Source: an uncultured Pseudomonadales bacterium (GTDB lineage Bacteria; Patescibacteriota; Microgenomatia; UBA1400; CAYXSR01). Taken from it: DNA of 64,000 nt. The notes under the pieces are model-generated. The model was given only the letters and a program-made list of their open reading frames with translations, did not search any database and had not been told where the DNA came from. The stretch is from the NCBI GenBank assembly GCA_964430265.1, contig CAYSEI010000001.1:318987-382986 (forward strand). Reading direction: 5' to 3'. This document shows, piece by piece, positions 49,466 through 59,808 of the stretch. Every line of letters starts with the position of its first letter. The first letter of the stretch is position 1. Made by a program: the position numbers and the translations under genes.

Positions 49466-50648
49466 TTTTCTTTTTCATTTCTTGATAAACTTGATCCAAG
49501 TGCTTGGTAATTTGCTTCCAGTTGTACTTTCCCCTAACAAGTTTTTTTCCGGCAATCCCTATTTTATTATTCAGTTTCTTGTCTTTTAAAAGACTAGCTG
49601 TTTTATTAGCAAGTTCATCCTCCGAATCAGCAACAAAAATATTTTCTCCGTCTTTGGCATCAATTCCTTCCACACCCAGTTCTGTAGTAACAACAGGAAC
49701 ACCGCATGCCATGGATTCTAACACCTTGTATTTAGTTCCCCTGCCGTTTCTGATCGGTGCAACCAACACACTGGCTTTTTTAAAAGCATCACGAATATCC
49801 TTGATATCTTCCTTTATTTCAATCCCTTCTTTATGATTGTACTGGTTTATCTTTGCAGTAACATTTCTGCCCACAATTAAAAGCCTGGCATTTTTAACCT
49901 TTTTTTTAATCCTAGGCCAGATATCCTCAATCAGGTTTAAAGCCGCTTCCTTGTTTGGCAGCCATTTAAAATTACCGACAAAAAAAACAGTCGGCTTATC
50001 AATTTTTCTTTTCACTTGATCAAAATACTCCTCATCAATCCCATTGGCAACTACTTCAAGTTTATTTTTATCAACAGATTCTGCCATAATTTCCAGATCA
50101 TCATTGGAAACGGCAGCCAACCGGGTGGCTTTGTACCAGTAAAACTTTTCCCATTTTTTGATTTTCCAGACATCAAATAAAAGAAAAGGTTTCAAAGGCA
50201 GAAATTTAAAATTCTTGACAAATTTGGCATATACCTGGTGTTCAATAGTCTGTTCAACCAAAAGGATTGGAACCTTATCTTGCGGCACTACAGGCATCAA
50301 ATAAAACGTTTCCACATGGATCAAATCAAAATCCTTTTTATTAATCAGCTGTTCAATTTTGTTTCTAGCAGTTTTTGAAAGATATGTACAGACTAAAAAT
50401 GGATAAGGTGTAATTCCTGCCAAAAAAATATTTTTCAGTCCCCAAGTTTTTCTGCGTTTGATTAAAACCACTTCTTCGCAAAATTTTTTGAGCTCAGCTA
50501 AATGTTTTTTCTCTTCTTCTTTTCTGTAATAGCTGACCAAAGTAATTTTATGATTTTTGCTCAATTTTTTTAACAGATTGTAAGTCCGGATTTGGCCGCC
50601 GGAGACCAAAGGAAAAGGCAGATATGGAGTCAACATTAATATTTTCAT
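49455..50648 (-). CDS. GT4 (GT-B) glycosyltransferase
   Basis: MKILMLTPYLPFPLVSGGQIR N-terminus. C-terminal ESMACGVPVV. Confidence 0.75.
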   Translation of the reverse strand: MKILMLTPYLPFPLVSGGQIRTYNLLKKLSKNHKITLVSYYRKEEEKKHLAELKKFCEEVVLIKRRKTWGLKNIFLAGITPYPFLVCTYLSKTARNKIEQLINKKDFDLIHVETFYLMPVVPQDKVPILLVEQTIEHQVYAKFVKNFKFLPLKPFLLFDVWKIKKWEKFYWYKATRLAAVSNDDLEIMAESVDKNKLEVVANGIDEEYFDQVKRKIDKPTVFFVGNFKWLPNKEAALNLIEDIWPRIKKKVKNARLLIVGRNVTAKINQYNHKEGIEIKEDIKDIRDAFKKASVLVAPIRNGRGTKYKVLESMACGVPVVTTELGVEGIDAKDGENIFVADSEDELANKTASLLKDKKLNNKIGIAGKKLVRGKYNWKQITKHLDQVYQEMKKKNEA

Positions 50649-50685
50649 TATTTAAATCTTTCTACAATCTATACTGTTGAATTTA

Positions 50686-52119
50686 TCAATTGTTTGTGGA
50701 TCGCAAATTTATAATCACATAATCCTTTGTTTGTTCTATCACCTGGTATTTACTGATCAAGTCCCTGGCCTCATCATCATAATTTACAGATACATAATAA
50801 TCAGCGCCTTTTTTTATTTTATCCTGGATTTCAAATCCGATTGGCCAGCCCCTTCTTTTTGTCTGGTACAAAAAAGCCGTGTCCCCGTTATATGGAGCAA
50901 TTACTAATGCATCTTCCGGTACTTTTTCCTGTACAGCTTTTCCTGCCTTAACTATTGCGGGGTTGTTAATATTAAAAAATCCTTTGACTTCGTAGAAAGA
51001 AAAAGCCAGTGTAAAAATTAAAAAGATTACAGCAATTAAAGCTTTGTAATATGATATTAAATATCTAGCCAATCCAACTGCCATAACAGTTACTAGCGAA
51101 GGAACAACTATTATTTGGTAATAGTCGTGTCTCACATTTCCTGTGGCAAAAATTGTTATGTATAAAATAAAGCTGAGGAAAAAAAGAATAGGATATCTAT
51201 ATTTCTTTACATGGGTTAATCCTAATCCAAGGAAAAACAAACCATAATAACCTAGAATAAGTTTTCCCAGTCTTTCAGCAAATATCCAGCGGAAAAAAGC
51301 CGGCCGGAAACGGATTCCGTCGCCATTTAAAAGCCAGGTATATGCAGGTATTCCTTCTGGATAATTCTTAATCCAACTACGCCATAATAAAAAAGGAGCT
51401 ACCGCCAATATGGATAAAAATGCTGGCAGTATGTATTTTTTTAAATCCTTTTTATATTCTTTAACAGTTAAATAAACTAATGGCAGATAGAAAAATACTG
51501 CAGTGGGTTTAACTAAAAACGAGGCGGATGTGAAAAAAGTAAAAAGGATTAATAATAAAAGATTGTCTTTTTTCAGATATTGGTAAAAGATGTAGGAAGC
51601 ACTCAGGCTTAAACAAACTAAAAGCGGTTCAGGTAAAATGACCCGAGAATAAAAAATATTAAAAGGTAAAAACATAAACAAAAAAAGTGACCAAAAAGCT
51701 ATTTTTTTGTTCGTGATTTGTTTTAAAAGTAAATATAGAAAAAGACCGGAAGACATTGAACAGAATATGGAAACAAGCCTGCCTGCACCTTCAAAAGTCA
51801 AAGGCAGAAATCTTAATATTTTGTCAGTTAAGAAATGAAAAAAGTTAAACAGAGGAAACTCTACCATCCTATACCCTTCAGGATTAAACTTACCTGACTG
51901 AATATTGGAAATATCAAAATATTTTGGCTTTAAGAGGTTAATCCCTTCTTTTTTAAATCTGTAGCTTACTGCTGCAGTGTCTGTCTGCCTCCAGGAATGC
52001 CAGTCTGCCAAAGGAAAATTAATTCTGTACAAGCGGAATAAAAATCCAAGCAAAAATATTAAAACTAGGATTATTCTGCTTTTGTAGATTTTGTTTAAAA
52101 CTTTATTAAATTCAATCAT
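50686..52119 (-). CDS. GT-C-type polytopic membrane glycosyltransferase (ArnT/PMT_2-like)
   Basis: About 11 TM helices. The early loop WHSWRQTD resembles the GT39/GT83 acidic-loop region. Confidence 0.55.
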   Translation of the reverse strand: MIEFNKVLNKIYKSRIILVLIFLLGFLFRLYRINFPLADWHSWRQTDTAAVSYRFKKEGINLLKPKYFDISNIQSGKFNPEGYRMVEFPLFNFFHFLTDKILRFLPLTFEGAGRLVSIFCSMSSGLFLYLLLKQITNKKIAFWSLFLFMFLPFNIFYSRVILPEPLLVCLSLSASYIFYQYLKKDNLLLLILFTFFTSASFLVKPTAVFFYLPLVYLTVKEYKKDLKKYILPAFLSILAVAPFLLWRSWIKNYPEGIPAYTWLLNGDGIRFRPAFFRWIFAERLGKLILGYYGLFFLGLGLTHVKKYRYPILFFLSFILYITIFATGNVRHDYYQIIVVPSLVTVMAVGLARYLISYYKALIAVIFLIFTLAFSFYEVKGFFNINNPAIVKAGKAVQEKVPEDALVIAPYNGDTAFLYQTKRRGWPIGFEIQDKIKKGADYYVSVNYDDEARDLISKYQVIEQTKDYVIINLRSTNN

Positions 52120-52209
52120 TTATTAATTGTCACAACTTTTTATGTATTTTCTTTATATCTTATATTTTTTTATATATTTTATTTATATAATAACTACTTA
52201 AACTAAATA

Positions 52210-53841
52210 TTAATTTTCTTCCCTTATAAGTTTCTTGGTCAGGCTCATCATCAGACCGGACAAAGCCCAGAAAGTAAAAGCAACTTTTGAAGCTTCAAAA
52301 ACATCAATATACAAAGCATTGATTAACAAGCCCAAAGTTCCGGCCAAAAATCCGATTAATGGAAAAAGATCCCAGTAATCAAGCCTGCTAATGTTTTGTC
52401 TAAGTGCTTTAAAGCCCCGTACCACTATTTTGTAGATAATAAGCATGAAAGTAACCAGTCCAAGCAGTCCGGTCTCTCCTAACATTCTTAAATAGTCGTT
52501 GTCTGTTGATTCTGCATAGGTAAAATCAGTTACTTTATCTTTTGTCAAAGTTGCATATCCAGTTCCCAAAAAAGGATTTTTCAAAAACCTGTTAATTGCT
52601 CTGGGCCACAGCATATCAAACCTGATAGCACCTGATAAACCAAATGTGTAAGCTGTATCTGAATAAGTTCTTTTTTCCGCGCTGGTTGTGGTAACTTTTG
52701 TACCATCTGCACTGATTGTACTCTCCTCTACTTCAATAGGGATATCATTGTATACATCAGGCGGCAGGTCACCTTCTCTCTGTCTTCTTTCTTCTTCTTC
52801 CCTTCTTGCCGTCTCTTCCGGCGTTTCACTTTCTTTTGGCTGTGCAGGCATATCAGTTTTATCAACTAGCAAGCTTTCATCACCTTTTCTTGGTCTTTTA
52901 CTGCCGCCGCCGATCCCAAGTTTTTCTTCTGCATGATAAGCTACATATTTTTTAATCTGGTCAACCTTAAAAAAATGTGCATATCTGCCAGCCAGATCAC
53001 TGAAAAAAAACATCATAAAAAAGCTGACAATTAAAATTCCAATTGTCCAGTAAACGCCTCTCATTTTTTCTACCAAAACCCAAATAAATATACCTAAGGA
53101 TAAAACACCGGCAAGATAAGCTATAAAAGAGGTTCTGGATGAAGTTAATAATAGAACATAAAATGAATTAACAAAAACAAAACCCCAGAAAATCCTTTCT
53201 TTTCTTTGTCTTAATATCATGCCTGCAATTGCAATGGGTAAAGTAAAAACCATGTAGGCTGATAAATCATAATGTCCGGCAAATGTTGAGGAAACACGTG
53301 CATGTTCACGCAAGTATAAAAGTGTTCCTTTGGAAAATTCTCTGTTCATGGTCTGGATTGCGGGCCAGTCAAATATTTTTTGACCAAATCCATAGATGCT
53401 TGCAGCCAACATTGTAATGCCAAGTACACTAATTGCTGCGCGGATCTGTTTTTTTGATCTAGCTGAAGAATAAAAAATGAAAAACAAGGAAAAATACTCA
53501 ATCCTGCGGAAGTAGTGTAAAAATAGTTTACCAATATGAATTGGCTGTAATGGCACGGTTTTGGTAATAAAAAGAGCAGACAAGCAGGATAATAAACCGA
53601 CTAATAAGTATAGGCCAAAGAATTTAGCCAGCTTCCAGTCAATTCTGGCTTTTTTACGGATAAGCTGAATAATAAACAAGAGAAAGGCAAAAGCAACAAT
53701 TAAATCTTCAATTCTCAGTCTAACAATGTATCCGGGCAAAACTTCTGTTAGCGGGAATTTAGGATACAAAGGAATAAATGCCAAAAGAAACAGGCTTAAA
53801 ATATATAAAAAATGGTTATAAATATATTTTAGTATTTTCAT
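52210..53841 (-). CDS. Wzy/O-antigen-ligase-like polytopic membrane protein with a ~95-aa charged low-complexity insert
   Basis: Multi-TM protein with a Wzy_C-like loop. Residues ~300-395 are a K/E/R/P/T-rich segment encoded by a local GC-rich stretch. Confidence 0.55.
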   Translation of the reverse strand: MKILKYIYNHFLYILSLFLLAFIPLYPKFPLTEVLPGYIVRLRIEDLIVAFAFLLFIIQLIRKKARIDWKLAKFFGLYLLVGLLSCLSALFITKTVPLQPIHIGKLFLHYFRRIEYFSLFFIFYSSARSKKQIRAAISVLGITMLAASIYGFGQKIFDWPAIQTMNREFSKGTLLYLREHARVSSTFAGHYDLSAYMVFTLPIAIAGMILRQRKERIFWGFVFVNSFYVLLLTSSRTSFIAYLAGVLSLGIFIWVLVEKMRGVYWTIGILIVSFFMMFFFSDLAGRYAHFFKVDQIKKYVAYHAEEKLGIGGGSKRPRKGDESLLVDKTDMPAQPKESETPEETARREEEERRQREGDLPPDVYNDIPIEVEESTISADGTKVTTTSAEKRTYSDTAYTFGLSGAIRFDMLWPRAINRFLKNPFLGTGYATLTKDKVTDFTYAESTDNDYLRMLGETGLLGLVTFMLIIYKIVVRGFKALRQNISRLDYWDLFPLIGFLAGTLGLLINALYIDVFEASKVAFTFWALSGLMMSLTKKLIREEN

Positions 53842-53938
53842 CTTACTCTTTTATTTTATCTCTTATGTTTATTTATCTATTTGAGTGTATATTGCTTTTT
53901 GCTATTTGTTTTGTATATTTTTATTCGTATAGTGATAT

Positions 53939-54583
53939 TTACTGAAATGCTCGTGTTCTGCCGATTCGGTAATCAAGCTTTTCAACTTCCCTATCCATTA
54001 TTTTTTTTGCGGGTACACCACCGACAACTGTTTTGGCTAGAACATCTTTGGTTACAACTGCTCCGGCGGCAACTACGGCACCCTTCCCTATTTTGACTCC
54101 CGGAAGGATAATTGCCCGCGGGCCAATAAACACATAGTCTTCAATAATTACTTTGTCATTAACAGCTTTAAAATCATCTGCATGAATATTATGCTCTGAA
54201 TTATATATCATTACTTCTGAAGCAATTGATACATGATCCCCTATTTTCAATTTGTCTCTTCCATCTAAAAAGGTGCGGTATCCAATAACTGTATCTTTAC
54301 CAATTTCCACGCCGGAAGGCTTAAAAAAACGTGCTCCAGTATGCATTTTACTGCCTTTTCCTATTTTAACCCCTGCAAGCATAAAGATCGGCTTTCTTAG
54401 GATCCATAAAGGAAACCAGGCCCACCAGTAAAGAAGCATTAATAAAAAATCAATAAATAGATTGTCCAAGCGGTTAAATATTTTTGTCATACCTTTACTT
54501 GAATCCAACTTTTTTCCGTCTTTGTCATAAAAAATGACTTTAGGCGGAATAACTTTGATTTCTATATTATTATTTACCTTCAT
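53939..54583 (-). CDS. Hexapeptide-repeat (LbH) acetyltransferase
   Basis: Repeated [LIV]G..xx hexapeptides ([13 protein letters not shown]..., [19 protein letters not shown]), as in WcaF/NeuD-like O-acetyltransferases. Confidence 0.7.
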   Translation of the reverse strand: MKVNNNIEIKVIPPKVIFYDKDGKKLDSSKGMTKIFNRLDNLFIDFLLMLLYWWAWFPLWILRKPIFMLAGVKIGKGSKMHTGARFFKPSGVEIGKDTVIGYRTFLDGRDKLKIGDHVSIASEVMIYNSEHNIHADDFKAVNDKVIIEDYVFIGPRAIILPGVKIGKGAVVAAGAVVTKDVLAKTVVGGVPAKKIMDREVEKLDYRIGRTRAFQ

Positions 54584-54585
54584 TA

Positions 54586-54738
54586 TTATTTATCTTTATT
54601 TATTACTGATTTGTTTAATTTTCTAGCTAGATCTTTCAGATCTTCAAGAGAACGTTCATCCAGGTTTTTGTCTTTAATAATTTCTTCAGCTGCTTGTTCT
54701 TCAGTGTTGGGTTTATTATTTATATTATTTTCACACAT
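54586..54738 (-). CDS. Possible small acidic ORF (50 aa), not in ORF track
   Basis: ATG 54736-54738 to TAA 54586-54588, translating to [50 protein letters not shown]. It fills an otherwise empty 210-bp co-directional gap. No clear SD. Confidence 0.25.
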   Translation of the reverse strand: MCENNINNKPNTEEQAAEEIIKDKNLDERSLEDLKDLARKLNKSVINKDK

Positions 54739-54793
54739 TTTATTTGTTTAAATTATATTTCTTGATAATCCTTTAAAATTACTTAATCTGATT

Positions 54794-56041
54794 TTAATTG
54801 TTTTCAGCAATATCTGCTAAATTTTCTAAAACCTCTTTTGCCGACTCTTTCCAGGAAAAGCTTTTTACTCTGTTATACCCCCAATTTATCAGCTTTTTTC
54901 TCTCTGTTTGAGTTAATTTTAACACTTTACGCAAGGATTTATCAATTTCCTCTGTTTTTTCCGGCTCATCTATATATACAGCAGCATCTTTAGCCACCTC
55001 AGGCAGACTGGCAACTTTAGAACAGACAACAGGCGTGCCTAACTGCATTGCCTCAAGAACAGGTATTCCAAAACCCTCCCATAACGAAGGTAAAACAAAA
55101 GCTTTAGCTTTTTTTATTAAGGCTTTTTTCTTTTCTTCTGATAAAAAACCAGTAAAAATTACTTCTTCCTCCAAATTATATTCTTTAACTAGTGCAAATA
55201 TTTCTTTATACAGCCAGCCTTTTTTACCGGCTATCACTAGTTTAAGTTGTTTAAATTCATTTTCTTTTTTTAGATTATTAAAGGCTTTAATCAGTCTTTT
55301 AATGTTTTTGCTCGGCTTAAGTGTGCCTAAATATATTATGTAAGGACTTTTTATATTTATTTCTAGCTGTTCTTGTATATTCTCTATTTTCTTTTCTTTT
55401 TTAAAAGCATCCATATTTCCCGTTTCTTTTGTTGAACTACCATTTTCTTGTTTTTCTTTTGTTTGTATATTTATTGCAGGATAAATAACTTCAACTTTGT
55501 CTTTGTTAATTTTGTATTTATCTAAAATATCTTTTTTACTAAACTCTGAAATTGTAAAAATTTTGTCTGCTTTTTTTGCTGAAAGCTTTGTCCAGTATTT
55601 AAGCTGGAGAAAATCTTTTTTGGTAAATTGTTCTGGCCAGCGTAAAAAGCCCAAATCCATTATTGAAATAGCAAAAGGAATTGGAGAAAACAAAGGGCCG
55701 TAATGTGAAGGCGAAAATAAAACATCAGGCCTGGGCTTTTTTAAATACAGTCTTTTAACCAAGCCTGTCCAGGTCCAAAACTTTTTTGGTCCAAAAACTT
55801 CATACTTCCACCATTCATTTTCTTCAGGCATGTCAGGTAAAGGTTTTTCTTGCAAAAAGATTCTAAACTGAAGATCAGAAAAAATATTTTTGTTTTTTCC
55901 ATCTTTATTATTCTTTTCCTCTTTGTTATTTTTGCTTTGTTTTTTTAACTGATAAATATTTTTAATAATCTGATAGCTAAAAATATTTACCCCTACCCTG
56001 TTTTTAATATTGGCTTCATTTGCATCAATTGCTACAAGCAT
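54794..56041 (-). CDS. GT4 (GT-B) glycosyltransferase with a K/N-rich insert
   Basis: C-terminal EGFGIPVLEAMQLGTPVV GT4 motif. Confidence 0.7.
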   Translation of the reverse strand: MLVAIDANEANIKNRVGVNIFSYQIIKNIYQLKKQSKNNKEEKNNKDGKNKNIFSDLQFRIFLQEKPLPDMPEENEWWKYEVFGPKKFWTWTGLVKRLYLKKPRPDVLFSPSHYGPLFSPIPFAISIMDLGFLRWPEQFTKKDFLQLKYWTKLSAKKADKIFTISEFSKKDILDKYKINKDKVEVIYPAINIQTKEKQENGSSTKETGNMDAFKKEKKIENIQEQLEINIKSPYIIYLGTLKPSKNIKRLIKAFNNLKKENEFKQLKLVIAGKKGWLYKEIFALVKEYNLEEEVIFTGFLSEEKKKALIKKAKAFVLPSLWEGFGIPVLEAMQLGTPVVCSKVASLPEVAKDAAVYIDEPEKTEEIDKSLRKVLKLTQTERKKLINWGYNRVKSFSWKESAKEVLENLADIAENN

Positions 56042-57265
56042 CTATTCCTCCCTGATTTTTGTGAATATAAATACAAGTCCGCTGACAAAAAAGAATACTT
56101 CCGTGCACAGCTTGACCCATGCCGGTGCATAAAATGACCATCTGGGTATTAAAATCAAGTTGGCAATAACAGCAAAGATAAGACCTAATGAATACCAGGA
56201 TAAATACTGTTTAAGCTTTTCTCCGGCAATAACCACACTTGAAGTAACAGAATTAAGAAAAAATAAGATATTTACCAGTGAATATATTTTTAATACATTT
56301 ACAGCAGGCTGGTAACGGCTGCCAAAGAATAATTTTATAATCAAAGGCGCAGAAAAAAATAGTATTAAGGAAACAGGGATACTGACTAAAAGCAGATATT
56401 TAAGGCCTTTTTTATATTCTTTTATCCATTTATGGTTGTTTAAAAGCTTTTTTGTTATATGCGGGAAAAACACCCTGCCGATTGAAGAAGGCAGTAAAAT
56501 AAGTGCTTCAATAAATTGGAAAGCAGAAGTATACATGGCTACATCCTGGTCAGTTTTTATCTGTCCCAGAAGAATAACATCAAGTCTAAAGTAAAAAATT
56601 GAAAGCACAGAAAAAAGAAAATACGGCCAGACACTTTGAATAGCTTTTTTTGCTGAAATTTTTTTTAATGAAGGCATTAACTTGAGGTTGTATTTGTTAA
56701 TAAAAGCAAGATCAATAATTACTATTAGAAAATATGTTATAGGTGGAACCCAGAAAAGGAAAACCAGCGGCGGTTTAACAAACCAGGCAAAAATAGATAA
56801 GAGGAAATATGATAGTGCAGCTAAAACATAGTTGCGAAACATACCTTTAAAGTTTTGCAGACCTAAATATATGTTGTTTAAAGTAACAAAAATTAATCCC
56901 GGAAACATATGCAGTCCGTATATGGCAATTCCTGTTATTTTTCTTGCATCCAAATCCATTAATAATGCAAGCAGTAACATTGCTATATATACTGCAGCAG
57001 CAACTACAAAACGCAAAGCAACACCAAAATTAAAATATTTGTTTACATTTTTCCTTTTTTTAACCACTTTTAAGGTAAGATATTTTTCCAGGCCCAAGTC
57101 AGCAATGGTATAGGCCAATGCAACAAAATACAAAACATAATTAAAAAGACCAAAATCACTTACCGGATAAAACCTTGCTAAAGCAATTAGGAATATAAAT
57201 CCGGAGGCTTTGCGTAAAACTGTTCCTAATGTTATCAAAAAAGAATCTTTTACTAATTTTTTCAT
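56042..57265 (-). CDS. Wzx-type oligosaccharide flippase (MOP superfamily)
   Basis: 12-TM polysaccharide biosynthesis protein pattern. It is adjacent to the GTs and Wzy. Confidence 0.65.
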   Translation of the reverse strand: MKKLVKDSFLITLGTVLRKASGFIFLIALARFYPVSDFGLFNYVLYFVALAYTIADLGLEKYLTLKVVKKRKNVNKYFNFGVALRFVVAAAVYIAMLLLALLMDLDARKITGIAIYGLHMFPGLIFVTLNNIYLGLQNFKGMFRNYVLAALSYFLLSIFAWFVKPPLVFLFWVPPITYFLIVIIDLAFINKYNLKLMPSLKKISAKKAIQSVWPYFLFSVLSIFYFRLDVILLGQIKTDQDVAMYTSAFQFIEALILLPSSIGRVFFPHITKKLLNNHKWIKEYKKGLKYLLLVSIPVSLILFFSAPLIIKLFFGSRYQPAVNVLKIYSLVNILFFLNSVTSSVVIAGEKLKQYLSWYSLGLIFAVIANLILIPRWSFYAPAWVKLCTEVFFFVSGLVFIFTKIREE

Positions 57266-58410
57266 ATTTTTAAGTTCATGTAATTTATAAGCCTTGCTTT
57301 TTTATATATTTCCAAGGTCTTTTTAGCTGTTTTTTCCCAGGAAAACTTTTTTAGTTGCTCTCTGCCTTTTTCTTTTAATTTATTTAATTCATCAGAGGAT
57401 GAAGATATTGCTAATATTTTTTCAATTCCTTTTGTAATTGAATGCGGATTTTTAGGATCAACTTTAATACCTGCATTTCCGCTTACTTCCGGCAGACTGG
57501 AAACATTGGAAACAATTACCGGGCAGTCCATGCTTAAAGCTTCCAAAACAGGCAGTCCAAACCCTTCATATAAAGAAGGAAAAACTGCACAAACTGCTTG
57601 TGAGTACAAAGCTTTTAGTTCTGAAAAACAAACAAATCCGGTGCTAACAATTCTTTTTTGCAGGTTTGCATCATTTAAAAGTTCAGCTGTTTCCTTTTTT
57701 GCCCACATTGGAGTGCCGATTAAAACCAGTTTTATATCCTTATCTTTCAACTGCTTAAATGCTTTTAAAAGATTTTTTAAGTTTTTACGCGGGTTTCTGG
57801 CTGCATCAGAAATTATATATTTGTCTAGTTTTAGTTTTTTAACTATATTAAAATCCGGCTCTGCTTTTTTAAATCCTTCACTTAAAGCACCATAAACTAC
57901 TTCAATCCTGTTGGGTTTAATATCAAATAGATTGATTAAATCTTTTTTTGTGCTTTTGGAGTCAGCAATTATTATTTTGCTTTCTTTTTTAATTAGTGCT
58001 AGTTTTCTTTTAAATACCTGAATTATTTTTTCATCATGCATTTTAGGAAACAAAAAAGGTGCCAGATCATGAACTGTGGTTACTTTAACTGCTTTTGCTT
58101 TTGGCTCTGTCCAGTCGCTGCTGTGAAAAACATCTACTTTGCCAGTAAAAAACTCAATACTGGGCACTCTTAGTTGATTAAAAAGTATTTGGCTTAATGT
58201 AGGCGGAAGCTTGTTAAATTTAGCCACAGAATTTTTATTCTGCACTTTTTTATACATTTTCTGCAGATTTTCATATTTGCGCAAAGAGTTTCCATAAATT
58301 ATGTATTGGTTTTGTTTATCTATCTGAAGCAGATTTTTAACCAGATTACTGCGGAAAACAGCCACACCGCCCTGGTGTACGGTCTGACTGATATCTATTC
58401 CTATTTTCAT
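57262..58410 (-). CDS. GT4 (GT-B) glycosyltransferase
   Basis: EGFGLPVLEALSMDCPVI is a GT4 motif. Confidence 0.75.
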   Translation of the reverse strand: MKIGIDISQTVHQGGVAVFRSNLVKNLLQIDKQNQYIIYGNSLRKYENLQKMYKKVQNKNSVAKFNKLPPTLSQILFNQLRVPSIEFFTGKVDVFHSSDWTEPKAKAVKVTTVHDLAPFLFPKMHDEKIIQVFKRKLALIKKESKIIIADSKSTKKDLINLFDIKPNRIEVVYGALSEGFKKAEPDFNIVKKLKLDKYIISDAARNPRKNLKNLLKAFKQLKDKDIKLVLIGTPMWAKKETAELLNDANLQKRIVSTGFVCFSELKALYSQAVCAVFPSLYEGFGLPVLEALSMDCPVIVSNVSSLPEVSGNAGIKVDPKNPHSITKGIEKILAISSSSDELNKLKEKGREQLKKFSWEKTAKKTLEIYKKARLINYMNLKI

Positions 58411-58414
58411 AAAT

Positions 58415-59800
58415 TCAATTATACCAAGAGGTAAGCCTTCTGACTACCAAAACCTGTTTTTCTTTTTTCATCCACTCCTCTACTGTGACAGAGTTGAAGT
58501 TGACCACGTTCTGGTATTCATAACCCAATTTTTCCAAGCGGGCTTTTTTTTCATGCTCCGGATCTATAATGTTTTCTCCGTAGGTGACAAAATATATTTT
58601 GTTTTTTTTCAAGCTTTTAATACTGGTGGTATAAGTAACATGGTAATATGCCAGCGGTTCAGTAAACTCCTGAAAAGCAAGCACCTGGATGTTCTGGCGC
58701 TGTTTATTTTCATTTAAATACTGAGCTGCTCCTTGCCAGTTTTCCCTAAGATTACCAGGATTATTAAAAAAAACAACAAGGATTAAAAGGTTAAGTATCA
58801 CTAGATATCTGTCCAGCCACTTTTTTTGTTTTCCTGCAAGTTTGGAAACTCCCAGACTCACCATTAAATACACTGCAGGCAGACAGTATAAAAAGCGGAA
58901 GTAAGTAAAAAGAGGCGTTATAAAGCTAATAATAAATCCGGCAATAAGAGGTAAAACTAGCCAGTTTAAAACAAGTAGTGACTTGGCTTTTTTGCTTTTT
59001 AATAATCCAACAATACTTAAAAATGCATAAACTAAAATACTTAAAACTGCGGTAATATACATAAAGATTTTTCTTTTAAATGTTGTTCTTCCCAAAATAA
59101 ATTTGACTGGAAAAAGAAAAACGTTTTTTAAAGTTGGCCTGCCCAGTGCCTGTGCCCAGGTGCTTAATTCCTGAGTGGCAGTCATAGCAAAATTTAACTG
59201 TTTTCTAAATACAGGCAGCCAAAGGGAAAAGATTAAAAGAAAAGGGATTAGAAAGTATATTATTTTTTTGGGCTTTTCTTTTCGTAGGGTTAAATAAATT
59301 AAAACAAGCGGGGAAAAGATTGTTAAATAATGGGTCATAAAGGCTAAAGCAAAAAAAACACCAGAAACTATATATTTTTTATTGTTCTTAAGTTTTAAAA
59401 ATGAATAAAACATTAAAATTACGAAAAAAGCAGCCAAAGAATATGCCCTGGCCTCCTGGGAATAGTAGATGTGCAAAGGCGAGGTTGCCAAAAGCAGAGC
59501 CGGAAGCTTGGCTTTTTTAATTTTTAACAATTTAGCAATCTTGTAGATTAAATATACTGAGGCTATTCCAGAAACTACAGAAATGCTTCTTAAAATAATT
59601 TCTGAGCTGCCAAATAGATTAACAACACTTTTTAAAACAAGGTAATATAGGGGCGGGTTAAAGTCAGTAGGCATAAACTCGCTTATAATCTCTGTGTATG
59701 AATATTGTATTGCTACTTGAGCGCTGATTGCTTCATCAAGCCAAAGAGATTGGTTAATCTTGATTAATCTTAGAAGAAATCCAAATAGCAAAAAGATCAT
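58415..59800 (-). CDS. GT-C-type polytopic membrane glycosyltransferase (ArnT/PMT-like), second copy
   Basis: LWLDEAIS first-loop motif typical of the GT83/GT39 family, followed by multiple TM helices. Confidence 0.55.
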   Translation of the reverse strand: MIFLLFGFLLRLIKINQSLWLDEAISAQVAIQYSYTEIISEFMPTDFNPPLYYLVLKSVVNLFGSSEIILRSISVVSGIASVYLIYKIAKLLKIKKAKLPALLLATSPLHIYYSQEARAYSLAAFFVILMFYSFLKLKNNKKYIVSGVFFALAFMTHYLTIFSPLVLIYLTLRKEKPKKIIYFLIPFLLIFSLWLPVFRKQLNFAMTATQELSTWAQALGRPTLKNVFLFPVKFILGRTTFKRKIFMYITAVLSILVYAFLSIVGLLKSKKAKSLLVLNWLVLPLIAGFIISFITPLFTYFRFLYCLPAVYLMVSLGVSKLAGKQKKWLDRYLVILNLLILVVFFNNPGNLRENWQGAAQYLNENKQRQNIQVLAFQEFTEPLAYYHVTYTTSIKSLKKNKIYFVTYGENIIDPEHEKKARLEKLGYEYQNVVNFNSVTVEEWMKKEKQVLVVRRLTSWYN

Positions 59801-59808
59801 TAAAAATA

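Noticed and set aside
52688-52936. 82-aa plus-strand ORF inside the Wzy-like gene
   Set aside because: It is created by the GC-rich charged insert of the Wzy-like gene. The Ser/Leu-rich translation is antisense to it, so it is not independent.
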